Counted from the first letter of the stretch, positions 24,751 to 37,639 are shown. The stretch is 64,000 bases of DNA from Paraphysomonas bandaiensis (GCA_965644295.1 CBFFRP010000202.1:1-64000); one strand, 5' to 3'. The notes: generated from the sequence alone by a model not told the origin. Translations and numbers: made by a program.

Positions 24751-25011
24751 TGAAAATCCTGTAGTGTATAGTATATATGCACAGATGTATAATAGTTAAC
24801 TCTTGCTATAGACTAGTCGATATGTGGTGGGTGATCTATACCTTATGGCTACTGATGGTGTATATGATATACTGATCTTTCATATGGCTGCATCATAGCT
24901 ATCAACAGTTGTCCCACTGCTGACCGAGATTATGTACTGCTCTACTATAGCGTATTCAGGTACTCTGTAAATATATAGTCTGTCATTATGTCATTATCAA
25001 TACACAATATC

Positions 25012-25726
25012 CAGTAGGAACTAAAAGTCCGAGCAACCGCAAAATCCGAACAGCCGTTTTTTTGATAAAAAGTCGAAAACTTTCATTCCAAACACTCACC
25101 TTATCTCATTTCAGTCACATTGAAATACAATTAAGATAACACTTGAACTGCCCTTACACTGGAGAGAGAGACTTATCATTCAATGTCAATCATGGACCAC
25201 TAGACACGAATATGCAACCAGATTTTCATTTCATGCACTGCTTTCAATATCACAAGCTTTCATATATCGTTCCAATTCATCCAGTATCCTCACATCCGGC
25301 TCCATTGCTCCTAATCCCTACATTGAATTTTAAATATGAAGCCTCTTGCAACCTTGCACTAGTTAAAACCATTATTGAGGTCAACATCAGGTCCATAACT
25401 GTCTTTCGTCTGTATACAAACCTTTTGAAGGCTTCATATTTAAAATTCAATATATATGGATTTGGAGCAATGTAGCCGGATGTATGGGTACTGGATGAAT
25501 TGGATGATATTTAAAGAATCAATACATGTAATGAAAATCTGGTTGCTTATTCGTGTCTAGAATATATGATTGATATAGAATGATAAGTCTCAAGTGTCGG
25601 GTCAGTTCAAGTGTTGCCTTAATTGTATTTCAATGTGACTGAAATGAGATACAATGAGAGCTTGGATTGACATTATTGGACATATCAAAAAACGGTTTTT
25701 CGGACTTTTACGAACAGTTCCTACTG
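25012..25726. mobile_element. Foldback/MITE element, a ~715-bp imperfect palindrome
   Basis: CAGTAGGAACT...AGTTCCTACTG ends; arms ~25012-25350 and ~25424-25726 are inverted copies along their length. Confidence 0.85.
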
Positions 25727-26138
25727 CTGGATATGCAGTGCAGTTTAATATTTGAATACTGAAAAACAAGGGATTTTGGGTTTTCAATGGGTTGAAAATC
25801 AATATAATAAATAAAAATCAGTAAAAATCAGCTCAGTATTAACCTACTGCTGTACATACCACACATACCACATACTGTGTACGTAATTGTACAATGAGTG
25901 GACAGGTACTACCATCCATATGTTATCATCTCATCATATACTTCATTTTTTTGTATGAGAATCTACGTAGAGTGGGACATGTCCTCATATCGTACTTATT
26001 GAATATTCAGTATAACTTACGCCATTTAATTTCACCTATGAAAAACTACGTAAAGATCCACCACATACACTTAGTTTCATATATAAGTATATATATATAT
26101 TAAAGTCTATTTAATTTCATCATATCATTAATATTATA

Positions 26139-27471
26139 ATGTTTCGACGTATTGGAATAGATAATCTTGCACTTGCTAGTGTTTCAGTGATTGCAGCAGG
26201 TGAGTGTTTCTAGTGTTTATAACACTGTATAGTGATATATATATACTTATATATACATGCTTATATATGTACTTATATACAGTGTTAATAACATCGCTAA
26301 GTATAATATGTATGTACTTATATACAGCTATATAGTTACAACTTTGTTTAGTATATATAGTAAAGTATATACATATATATGTATGTGTATGTATATACAC
26401 TTGCTTGCAATGAACTCATGTGTATATATCATACTGTATATATGTATATATACATGTAGAGTGTATATATATGACTTCTATATATTGCTATATACTAATC
26501 GATACTTATATATCTATATAAAAGGCACATTGATTTCAGCTGCATTTGATTCCCAAATTGCTGATGCTGAACTACCTGAAGCAGCCGCTGCCCCTCATAC
26601 ACAGACACATATAACTCAATCTATTGTTAATACTCTGAATGACAAGGGAGTTGTTGTGATTAAAGGGGTTTTAAGTGCCAATGAACTATCAATGGCTAGA
26701 AGTGATGTGCTTGATATTGTCAATGAAGGCCGACTGGAAAGTTCTGCAAATGATGACAGTGTCCGTGTTGATACCCTCTGTTGGCTGCGTGAAACGGACG
26801 GTACGGCGCAGGCTCCTCTCAGGAGTACCAAGGAGGTTAATTCTTTGGGACCTGGTATACTACACTGTATCTCATTGCTTCGAGGGACCATGTATGCCCT
26901 GGATACACAGGAAGTTCCCTATAGCCGCAGCCATTCTCACAGGGTGCCACACCAGTGCCAGTTAGCAAGGTACAGTGGGCGAGAGGGCGAAGCCGCTGTG
27001 GACGCAGAGGAGTGGAAAAGATATGGGTATGTTCCACATAGAGACGCTGCTGATGACAACAACTTTTGGGAGGTGGGACTCCTGGGATGGTGAGTAGACA
27101 GTTGAATCTTGATTATGAAAAGTTGCTAAATAGGCAATGTTTGTAGGTTGCGAGGAGCAGATTACAGGCAGCGTAGCATGACGGCCATTCTGTATCTGAA
27201 CAAAGAGGACTGGAACCAGAGCCCAGAGGAAGATGGTGGAGCCCTGTGCTGCTACATTGACGCTGACAGCGGCGACTCGACAGGGGAGACCTCCAATGAA
27301 GAAAGGGTCTTACGCGTCTCTCCATCCGGAGGTACACTTGTTCTGTTCGACTCACGATACCTCCTTCATGAGGTTGCTCCAACCAACACTGATAGATATG
27401 CCTTGACTCTGTGGGTTGCTGGAGAGAGAACGCCAATCGTGGCACCCAACAAAACGTTAGCCACGTGCTAA
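26139..27471 (+). CDS. 2OG-Fe(II) oxygenase, prolyl-4-hydroxylase (EGLN/SM-20-like), 3 exons
   Basis: VRVDTLCWL, YVPHRD (HxD), MTAILYLN, DGGAL, LVLFDS, HEVAP, RYALTLW; introns ~26200-26524 and ~27090-27147. Confidence 0.85.
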
Positions 27472-28165
27472 CCCTAACCCTAATCGAATATGCGACGAAA
27501 TATGTCGAGCTTTACCTGTACGGCAAACGAGTTATACTTGACAGAGTCTATTGCAGATGTTGATATCGAGATACTTAAAACCATAAATGTTCGTGATACT
27601 GCGGTACACAAGCTTTATTGTATACCTACAAAAAGCGGAGTGGATGCTGTATTTTCTTAGATTCGATCATTCACTGATGGTCGTGTTTCCATGAATACTT
27701 TGTGTTGCAGACTGATGTCTGCAGTGGCGTCGATATTTTGCTGTTTGTTTTTTACCTTGCGTTGGATTCGTTGATGTTGTTATCAACTGTATGATGAGTG
27801 ATCAATGTTAATTAATTAACAACGGTGTTTATAGAAGAATTATGAAATATACAATTGTGGTATACTGGTATACCATATCTTGAAATTACCCACTTTCGCA
27901 AAAAATTATTAGATAAGTTAAAGCTTGACTAAATAGGTGATTACAAATGATGACTAAAATAACTGTAATTAGAAATAATACTCTCTCCCAAAGGACCAAA
28001 GTGTTGCAATATTTGATTGATAGAGAGCAAGCTTGCATTTCAAATATATTAGTCGCTGTTTTTGATGCCCACTAACATATTTTGTGTACTGACAAGCAAC
28101 CTAAGACAGATAATCGAAAATAAGTTGGTATATTACTTTATATATGAATATTGGGTATGGGACGA

Positions 28166-28987
28166 CTATGTATAGTATCCTATGTTCACATCGCTGGTTG
28201 TATCCCAACTCCCATCTGTATTAAAGCTAACACTAACTCTTGGATCAGACGCAGAATTTAGACTAGGCAACACTTGGTGCGTGAGCCATCCCGGAAATAG
28301 AATAACATCACCAGCATGTGGAGTTATCTGTAGTGTTTTACCGAATGGTGGCAAGGATCCCCTAGGGTCTTGGAAAACTATATCACCCCCACCTTTAGGA
28401 GAGCTTACGTACAATACACCTGACACAGCACTTCGTTGATGGTAATGGGACGCGTGGGATGAACCAGAATGATGCACAGATGCCCAGGAAAATAATGACA
28501 ATGGTTGAATAGATGCAGAAGTCGTGCTGACATATATATCATTTAGATATGTTTCTACAAGGGGAGAGAAGAGGTTTCTAATTAGTTCTTCCAATAAATC
28601 TAGATAGATATTATGACATCTATCATCAGTCTCATGTAAGTTCTGTTTATGACATTCTCTATTAGAATAAAAATGATCTTTTTGATATATATAAAAATCA
28701 TCAGATTGTGTACGTGTATCAGTTCTATTCACTGTATTTGTTATAGTAAAATTATAATGATAATTTAATATAATTTCTTTAATATAATTGAGATAAGTAG
28801 CGTTTATATATATATTATTATGTATATGAGGGTGTGTTATGTCTGTATTGTCTAGAAATGAATACATTTGTATGGGAGTTATCCACATATGTCGCATAAC
28901 AGACTGTTGTCCCATAAATGATGCGGTAGATAAGGAAGGGGATGAGGATAAGAAGAGGAGGAGAGTGTAGGTGATGAGAGAGAACAT
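28166..28987 (-). CDS. Putative 2OG-Fe(II) oxygenase (HxH type) with signal peptide
   Basis: HASHYH..SAVSGVLYV, FQDPRG, LFPGWLTHQV, RVSVSFN; probable start MFSLITY at 28987. Confidence 0.85.
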   Translation of the reverse strand: MFSLITYTLLLFLSSSPSLSTASFMGQQSVMRHMWITPIQMYSFLDNTDITHPHIHNNIYINATYLNYIKEIILNYHYNFTITNTVNRTDTRTQSDDFYIYQKDHFYSNRECHKQNLHETDDRCHNIYLDLLEELIRNLFSPLVETYLNDIYVSTTSASIQPLSLFSWASVHHSGSSHASHYHQRSAVSGVLYVSSPKGGGDIVFQDPRGSLPPFGKTLQITPHAGDVILFPGWLTHQVLPSLNSASDPRVSVSFNTDGSWDTTSDVNIGYYT

Positions 28988-29042
28988 GGTAATGTATATA
29001 AGTATAGATAGATATATGATACAAGTGAGATGCATGACGACT

Positions 29043-29407
29043 ATACATACATACATACATACATACATACATACATACATACATACATACATACATACAT
29101 ACATACATACATACATACATACATACATACATACATACATACATACATACATACATACATACATACATACATACATACATACATACATACATACATACAT
29201 ACATACATACATACATACATACATACATACATACATACATACATACATACATACATACATACATACATACATACATACATACATACATACATACATACAT
29301 ACATACATACATACATACATACATACATACATACATACATACATACATACATACATACATACATACATACATACATACATACATACATACATACATACAT
29401 ACATACA
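29043..29407. repeat. (CATA)n microsatellite between divergent genes
   Basis: About 365 bp of perfect repeat. Confidence 0.98.
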
Positions 29408-29528
29408 GGTACACAGCCATGTCCATGGCACTGTAGTCGTAGTGGTGGACAGAGCAGGCCTCATCTCATCTCATCTCATCTCAGTGTTCCACAATAGCAT
29501 GCTACAGTCACATATATACATACATACA

Positions 29529-30911
29529 ATGCATAATAAAACACATCATCATATCAAACCAAGATGGTTATTCTTTTGGTTATTTACATTTTTTGCATCT
29601 CAAGGAAGATTTAGTTCATTATTTCTTCAAGATTGTGGTTTAACTGAAGGACAAATAGGCATATTACTCTCATTGTACGTATATACATACATACATACAG
29701 AGATATACATAGTTAATGATATATTTTTGTATAGGAAAAGTGTAATTGGATTAATTATCAATCCATTAATTGCTAATGCAGCTGATTTATCTGTAAAACG
29801 AGGGCTTGTATATGGTAGAGAATTATATGTTGCATTACTCTCTATATTAACAACATTATCATTTCTATTACATGGTTTAAATCATATTATACAACATGAA
29901 TTTGTATCTAGTTTCACATATTTTTTAATTGTAAGGACATTATATGCAGCATGTATGAGTCCTATATATCCTATTATCAGTGGTATTGCACTCCAGTACT
30001 TAGCAGATGCTGGAGAAGATAAGCAAGCATTTGGGGGAGAAAGGGTTTATGGTGCTATGTCGTGGGCAATTGTTAGCTTCATAATGGGTATTGCGATTGA
30101 CTCGTATACAACTAGTGTAATGTATCTTTTTGTCTTGGTAACTTTGTTGCCAGTTTTGTACTGCATATATCGAATCGCCATCGTCAAAACATCTTCACTA
30201 TCAGCATTAGTAGAAAAGGATAATATTGAAATTTCTACTGTGGATTGTGAACCCGCGAATCAGTGTTCTCGTAGTACGCCTACTATTGTTCCAGAAGAAA
30301 CACATAAACCGACTGCACTAACCGTACTCTTCTATCTTTTCTCCACTCCACATGGAGCAATATTTACATTCCTCTGTATCATTTTGTCAATAGGAACGAG
30401 TATTGTGGAGAATCTGGTATTTTTATTTTTCACGGATGTTCTCGGTAGTAGCAACTTTATATGTGGGTTATCAGTAGTGGTTACAGTGATATTTGAAATT
30501 CCTATATTTCAAAATGCTCAGAAGCTTCTCCGTCAGTGTGGACGTGAGTCGCTACTAGTTATATCGTGTGTGAGTTATACCATACGAGTGGTAGGTTACA
30601 CCCTGGTACCTGATGGATGGTGGGTATTGCTGCTAGAGCCTTTGCATGGTGTCACCTACGGATGTAGTGCAACAGCATCTGTGGACTATGCTGCAAGTGT
30701 TGCACCACCGGGCTTGGAAGCTACTGCTCAGGCAGTAATGGGAGCACTCCAAGGTGGGGTTGGTGTTTTCGTTGGTACAGGTGTTGGCGGATTTATTGAG
30801 CAGAAATATGGGTCCGATGTTTTGTATAGAGGTGCTGCAAGTGCTGTTGGAGGAACAGCTATATTGTTCGTTACAGTTTTATTTGCTTGGCATAGAATGC
30901 GTATCAACTAA
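29529..30911 (+). CDS. MFS transporter (MFSD6-like)
   Basis: About 12 hydrophobic segments; FGGERVYGAMSWA, FEIPIF, LEPLHGVTYG, GLEATAQ; probable in-frame intron ~29675-29734. Confidence 0.88.
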   Translation: MHNKTHHHIKPRWLFFWLFTFFASQGRFSSLFLQDCGLTEGQIGILLSLYVYTYIHTEIYIVNDIFLYRKSVIGLIINPLIANAADLSVKRGLVYGRELYVALLSILTTLSFLLHGLNHIIQHEFVSSFTYFLIVRTLYAACMSPIYPIISGIALQYLADAGEDKQAFGGERVYGAMSWAIVSFIMGIAIDSYTTSVMYLFVLVTLLPVLYCIYRIAIVKTSSLSALVEKDNIEISTVDCEPANQCSRSTPTIVPEETHKPTALTVLFYLFSTPHGAIFTFLCIILSIGTSIVENLVFLFFTDVLGSSNFICGLSVVVTVIFEIPIFQNAQKLLRQCGRESLLVISCVSYTIRVVGYTLVPDGWWVLLLEPLHGVTYGCSATASVDYAASVAPPGLEATAQAVMGALQGGVGVFVGTGVGGFIEQKYGSDVLYRGAASAVGGTAILFVTVLFAWHRMRIN

Positions 30912-31172
30912 TGTTCAAATTAGAAGCACTGCAGTGTACACGAAAGTGGCGAATGATGATCCTATTGAAGCAGCTATATAATCGTAATTTGCTATGCTAC
31001 TACCCTAATCTAATTTTGACAACGTTTCTGTCTCTAAGAAACATTACCAACCGATAAATATATTAGTCATCGTTTCAAAGATTCCAATATTAAGATTATT
31101 ATTACCTTCAGTTAATACTAATAACTATAATAATAAGTCATAAACTAGTATCGAAGCTGCCAATGAAAAAAT

Positions 31173-31480
31173 TGTTGAGTTCTGCAATATGATGTGATAT
31201 AAATTGTGCAATTGAAGTGAGTTAATAGTGTGCAATGTGCAATAGGTGAAGTCAACTCATAGGTGTAACGGGCGATTATAGTTACAATAGAATTAAATTC
31301 AGTTACTGATGTGTGACTATATAAGATATAGGAATGACTTATGAACATATGATAAACAGGTGTTGCTGAGAACGGATATTTTACCAAAGGTTACAGAAGT
31401 GTTCAGATTAATAATTATAATTTATTACTTGAAAGTATACTGTGTTCAATAAAGCAAGATTAAGATTGATGTAAATGTAT
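31173..31480 (+). repeat. Solo or remnant LTR of the 2903-3248 copia family
   Basis: Begins TGTTGAGTTCTGCAATATGATGTG, the reverse complement of 3248 leftward; right end uncertain. Confidence 0.85.
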
Positions 31481-32618
31481 TGAAACTAAAATATATATGG
31501 GGTTACCAAGGCATCATAGTTCGTACTAAATGCTTAACAAGTACAGGGTAGAGGGCCAGTCTTAGATTTCTCTACAGCATTTACTACTATGAACTATGAA
31601 GTTGTGAACAAGAATTGTTGTAAGGCATCAACAAGCCACAATTTTGGTAATAAACGATTGCGTTATGAACTTGTTTTATCAGAGGTTATCTGTGACAAAA
31701 ATGACTTGCATTTTGAAATCTGTTAAGTATCACAGACTACATTCTGAACACTACAATTTGAATACTGCACTCCATTAAGATATTGTGGCCATTGTACTGT
31801 ATATATACGCTGTACCTTGCTTTTAATTTAGCCAAGCACTAGCTTGATTGTTTATATTTAGTCTAAAACTTTTCTTTCATTTTGATTAATTTTCATTGCC
31901 TTTCCTCTTCTACCTTTCCGCTCTGCTTAATATAACGCCTCAGTATATGTATGATATAACACCCTCGGGGATCATAAGTCACAAATCATATCTTAATCAG
32001 CTACTGTATTTTCACTTTCTTTGTATATTGAATATCTACTCCTGTGTTTTTGTAGCCTTGTAGATTCTCTATTACATAGAATACAGGATAGCTACTAGCA
32101 ATAGATTTCAACTCTAGCTACAAGTATATACGTAGGAGTTGATTGTGGTTTCATAGTAGTGGTTAACAGCATTATATTATGTACTAATGGTACCATAATA
32201 ATATGAATGAAGCTGTGTTTTTTCTGGACCTGGTAATAATTATTGGTAGGGTGATAGTATAGTTCCCGGCAATTATAATGGCATTGCTTATAGAAAAATG
32301 TACCAGCAATTATAATGGCCATTGTATTATATGACTGCATAATAAGGTCATGTCCACCTAATTTTTGATAATATGGTCGGTAGTAGAGATGATATAGATT
32401 AGGTGAATGACATTGAATGATAAGAGGTGTTTATCACAACTTCAATTAATTAAATATTGATCATAGGTTAGAGTTCAGTGAATTACTTTAATCTGCTCAA
32501 AAAGTAAATCAAGGTGTATCGCAATTTCAGCTTATACTATGATTGAGCTTAGAGTTCAGTTACTTACTTCGACCTATTTATTGTATCAACTTTGATAAAT
32601 CTCAAGCAGCTGCACTGC

Positions 32619-33653
32619 CTATTCATATATGTCAAGCTCATGGAGAGACAGTGTAGAAAGCCACTGCAAAATGCCCAAGTGACCACGGCAAAAATAATTA
32701 ATGGTACTTAAATCCAATGGACATGGGGGGTCTTGTGAACGAAGCCACTGCAGAACATCCAAGTGTCCACCCTCAGCAGCAGCAGTGCAAGTCCAACAAT
32801 TCCAGGGACATGGAGGATCCAGTGAACGAAGCCACTTCAGTACCTCCAAGTGCCCACCCCTAGCAGCATCGGAGCATATCTTTGCATGCAAGGAACATGA
32901 AGGTTCCTTTGGACGAAGCCACTTACATATATCCAAGTGTCCACCCCCTGCAGCAGCCTGTATGCAATCTTGTACATCCCAGGGACATTTACATTTCTGT
33001 AATCGAAACCACTTACATATATCCAGGTGTCCACCCATAGCAGCATCACTGCAAGTCCATTCATCACAGGGAAATTGACAGTCCTCTGAAAAAAGCCACT
33101 GCAGCACCTCAAAGTGTCCACCCTCAGCAGCAGAAAAACAAGTCCGTTTACCCCAGGGACATGGAGGATCCTGTGAACGAAGCCACTTCAGTACGTCCAA
33201 GTGTCCACCTCTAGCAGCATACTCCGTAGCTATATGCCCACAGCTATTACCCCATATGTATGCGGGGTCCTGTGTATGTGAATGTGTACGTATATGTCTC
33301 ATGAGGTGTATCATCTGCTGTAGTCTGCCGTATAGTGCGCATGCATTCATTAGCTCGACATGTGGGCAGTCCATAGACAGTGCCCATGAGACCATTGAGT
33401 CCGTCATGCAATAGTGTGACTCTAGTCTCCTCCTATCAACGTGTTGGTGACATGTCGTACAATACTCAAACAGACTATAAGTACAACGGTGATGTATGAG
33501 TGACTTTAAATTCATCACAACAGCCATATCGTGAAATCTCTTACAAGTCATGATCACTGGAAGGAGAGCTGCGTGTGGGACCATAGAGATGATGAGACGA
33601 ATCACATCATCATTAAGAACAGATATACTCGACTTATATGAACACTGATTCAT
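32619..33653 (-). CDS. F-box-like plus ankyrin-like repeat protein (GHL..LxWL / CPW repeats)
   Basis: LNDDVIRLII...TCKRF N-terminus; about 7 repeats of AAxGGHLxxLxWL..xxCPW; intronless. Confidence 0.8.
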   Translation of the reverse strand: MNQCSYKSSISVLNDDVIRLIISMVPHAALLPVIMTCKRFHDMAVVMNLKSLIHHRCTYSLFEYCTTCHQHVDRRRLESHYCMTDSMVSWALSMDCPHVELMNACALYGRLQQMIHLMRHIRTHSHTQDPAYIWGNSCGHIATEYAARGGHLDVLKWLRSQDPPCPWGKRTCFSAAEGGHFEVLQWLFSEDCQFPCDEWTCSDAAMGGHLDICKWFRLQKCKCPWDVQDCIQAAAGGGHLDICKWLRPKEPSCSLHAKICSDAARGGHLEVLKWLRSLDPPCPWNCWTCTAAAEGGHLDVLQWLRSQDPPCPLDLSTINYFCRGHLGILQWLSTLSLHELDIYE

Positions 33654-33834
33654 AGTTTATATGAGGCTCATAGAGTGTTAGTCTTCATATAAATAATGAG
33701 ATGAGTTCAGATGCATACACATATATATATACACCATACATGCATACACATATATATGGGACAGAGACCACATAAAAGAAATTTCCTCAAGAGCAGAAAC
33801 ACGAGCAGCACACATCGTCACGTACATACACGTA

Positions 33835-33968
33835 TGTATATTTTTGTTCCAAGATGCCTCTAATATTGAGACAATAATTATCTGTATTCTAGCCGTAGTT
33901 ATATTGCAGAATTATAGAGTATATTTGCTTCAATTTATTTCCGAAATATAAGATGCTGACTGCCGTAT
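33835..33968 (+). mobile_element. Promoter-region MITE, copy C
   Basis: TTTTTGTTCCAAGATGCCTCTAATATTGAGAC...TTTGCTTCAATTTATTTCCG...GCTGACTGCCG. Confidence 0.8.
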
Positions 33969-34279
33969 ACAATACATACAGGAGTACATGTACTGCTGTA
34001 CATACTCTGTACAATACATAGTGTATGTATCTCAAAAATAGGCTTTTTAGAATCGTCCATAGTTAAAAACACGTAAAATCTATCCATATTTTCTAGTAGT
34101 TGAGCCTTTTAAAGTGAATTATGTCCAACGCTATCCATACAAGGCCAAAACTCGAGAAATGCAAACATCCGACGAAAAGATTTTCAGGATATCATTATTT
34201 GGTTCTACTAGAATCTGCATATAAGAGAAATCCCCACACCAACAGCAGTCTGAGAGATATGGATTTGGACAGCAGAGGT

Positions 34280-34666
34280 GCCCCATTCCGACAGTGTGGC
34301 CATAGTGTAGATTTCCTGCGACAACATCAATAACACCGAGATATTACACTGATTCTATCACCCACCTACTCGTGTTCTAACGTAACTGACCGTATAGAAC
34401 ATACGCAGATTCTATTTCCGCCCCACCCGTGTTCACCTTTGCTAAGATTACACGGGATATCTCATAGCTATTTATGATTTCATACGTAATTCGCGCAGAT
34501 TCTGGTAGGACCATGTGTACCTTCCCATTACCTTCTCGTGACCATGCATGACTCAGTATTGGTTTAGTGTGACATTGACCGCTCCCCCCTCCCCTAGAAT
34601 GTCATCTCATGTTACTCAGCTTAATCAACACTAGCACTTTACTAGGGTACGCTCTCGGAATGGGGC
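34280..34666. mobile_element. Non-autonomous TIR element (GCCCCATTCCGA family)
   Basis: Perfect 12-bp inverted termini GCCCCATTCCGA / TCGGAATGGGGC; related ends at 24559, ~11860-11905 and 34680. Confidence 0.7.
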
Positions 34667-35088
34667 ATAAGTTATTAATGCTCCATTCTGAGCGCGTACT
34701 TAGGTAGATCCGGGTGGGGGCCGGGTGGGTACCTAACTAATACTTGATTAAGTGTCATACGTTATTTGCTAGCTACCTACTGAACCCAACTAGCTACATC
34801 ATTATCACACGGTATTCAGCGCTGAATATGCAGTGAGAACCTGGGTGGGTAATCGAACAAGGACATAAACTCTTGCAACTTATCGTCTACTGTAGCTCTG
34901 CTTAAAATATTACGATTTACAGATTTACAGTAAATTTCTTAGCTTATGCAAGTATCAAATACATTCCAGCTTCTGCTCTAGTTTAAACATCGATCGTTGT
35001 CTAATAAATAACAATGACGTTTGTACAAGATAAGTTTTAGAAATATATGCTACGTACAGCGACCTCCAAATTACCCAAAGAGTTTTGA

Positions 35089-36251
35089 CTAAGACTTTCC
35101 AATTACAAGAGACCTGACATCAGCAGGAGCATCATCGATGCTTCTCACTGGTGGGTCATCTTTGTTAGCTGTGTAGGTTGATATATGAGGCCAGTGAGTA
35201 GTACCCAACCCACGCTCATATATTGCAATTCTATTTTCAATAACTTCCTTGGATGCCTTACTCGAGGGCGTCATGCACACGTATCCTACCATTCGGAGAA
35301 GTTCATTTTCGGGGGTAGTGGGTGGTGTAATTGCGGGTGTATTACAGTGAATAGTTCGAGAATCCCATAGTATCATATCTCCCGCCTTACATGTAATCAA
35401 ATGCTGAGGGCCATTTAGCGCCGCAAAATCGTGAGGAACCTATGTATGGGGTAGGAACGAACGCATCATGGAAAGGCAAACAAAACACAATTCTCACTAT
35501 CGTACCCGCACAAAATTTTTATCGTTGCTGGCTGCTTCATTCACAAGTTCGTCATGGCACAAGTGACTCTTAGGAATAGCACAGAATCCTCCCGTGGCCT
35601 CCGTGGCATCGTACAGTGTTACGAGCCCTTGAACACATTGTAGACCTCGCAGTGTCCGACCTAAGTGATGTTAAGACAGTCTTACCCATACATACTTGAG
35701 CTACCTTGATCAACATGAAACCATCCAGATGACGTCTTCCACATTCCATTAGCGCTTTTCGAATGCCATGGACGAAATATATTTCCTCCATCAAAAGATG
35801 TCAATAGATTATCATCACCAAATATAGTTGAAAATGCTGTTTTTACTGGTTTTAATAATCTTAAAAACCATAAAAAATCAGATTGATTAATGCCATAAAA
35901 TATAATTCCAGTTGCTGATGAACCAATTTTACCAAAATTAGAATTATTCCATGTCGATATATCATCCGAGAACATTCCCGCATCCTTCTCCAGAAATTTC
36001 CAGCATAATTCTCTAGCATCTACAATTTCTTCATCTGTGATTACATTTTGTATTACAACATATCCATATTCATGTAAATAATCAATAAAAGATGGATCAT
36101 TACAGTGATATCGTGGTGGTGTATATGGGGTGATATGAGTAGGTTGAGTAGGTGGTTCAGTAGGTGATACAGATGGAGTATTAGTCTCATTAATATCACC
36201 AAATGACATCATATCATCACGTGCTGAGGTTGTAGAAAGAAGAGATCCCAT
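35089..36251 (-). CDS. Phytanoyl-CoA dioxygenase (PhyH)-family Fe/2OG dioxygenase, about 3 exons
   Basis: LLTSFDGGNIFRPW, WFHVDQG, VQGLVTLYDATEATGGF, KAGDMILWDSRTIHCN, YVCMTP, TTHWP; N-terminal MGSLLS. Confidence 0.88.
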
Positions 36252-36474
36252 TAGGCTTTATATATGTATGTATTATGAAGTTGATGAGTTCAGTAAGTTG
36301 TGAGGAGTGTGTATATATGTATATGTATGTATGTGTGTGTGTATGTATGTACACAGAGATTTACTGAAAGAAATTTCTTGCTTTCTTTGTATATGTATGT
36401 ATATGTATGTAGAGGTGCGTAGAGGTGTATGTGCGTGAAGTGTGACATGTTATTATGTGGCAACTACTCATTGG

Positions 36475-36790
36475 TGTACAGCGTACAGCAGTATATATAT
36501 ATACACGTGTAAAGTACGTAGAAACAAGTGTACAGTAGTACATATACAAGTGTACAGCAGTACATATACATAGTGTATATACAGCAGTAGAAGTGTAAAG
36601 CAGTATATATACAAGTGTACAGCAGTACATACACAGTACAGCAGTATATACACATTGCAGCAGTATATACACATTGCAGCAGTACATATACAAGTGTACA
36701 GCAGTACATACACAGTACAGCAGTATATACACATTGCAGCAGTACATATACAAGTGTACAGCAGTACATACACAGTACAGCAGTACATAT
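36475..36790. repeat. CAGCAGTA-based minisatellite upstream of the PhyH gene
   Basis: Many ~18-22-bp units such as GTACAGCAGTACATATACAAGT. Confidence 0.85.
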
Positions 36791-37639
36791 ACTCCTGTAC
36801 ACTTGTTCAGCCAATCATCTCTGCACAGGCACTGGATGCATGCATGATGTCGTTCATGTGATATCTATGCAGCCTGCTGCCACCATAAGCATATACTGAG
36901 TCCTATTCGATTAGGGTTTGGGTTAGAGTCGATGAAGGGAATGTAGGGAACCCGGAAGAGGAATCTGGGTGGGATGTAGCATCATGGACATCGCTGGAGG
37001 AGGCGAGAGTCGATGCATAGCGTTTAGTGCTTCCCAAGGACTCCAGCTCTGAGAGGGAGAGAAGAGGCTTTTAGAAGAAGCTAGGAAGCTTCTGAAGCAA
37101 GGGAAGAGGATCCACTTGACTTGGAATATATGACTATTATGCATATAAGAATCATGCATGTATAGTCTGGCATGAAACTACTGTCACTAGACTACCGTAT
37201 CCTGAAGAGAAACCCAACGATCTATATGAGTATATTGACAAGTTGTATGTTGAAGTTAGATGATGTATTTTTATCCAATCAATTTGATTGCATACATACG
37301 TAACTGACAGTCTGCATCTTTAAGCATCTCTTTGCTGTATGTATGATACGATCATAAGAGCCCTTCAATGATAATAATCACAACAGCAAATAGTTTCGGG
37401 TCCTCCTATAGTTACGAAGTAGTCTTACTGGTGCAATTTTTGCGCAATGATGCATGAAAACTGACGTCTTCCCACCATTGAGTGCACTCTTTCTTGGGAA
37501 CCTCTGCGCTGTGGGAAATCAGTTCCTTCACTTTCGTGGAAAGGTATGGATGCAGCACTGGAAGTTACACTGCCATCATTTTTTTCCATCATAGTTCCTT
37601 AATATATGGTTCAGTATAATTGTTTTGTTCTATTGTGTA

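Noticed and set aside
27469-27483. Telomerase RNA template or chromosome end
   Set aside because: Only ~2.5 repeats, internal, overlapping a stop codon, with no supporting structure.
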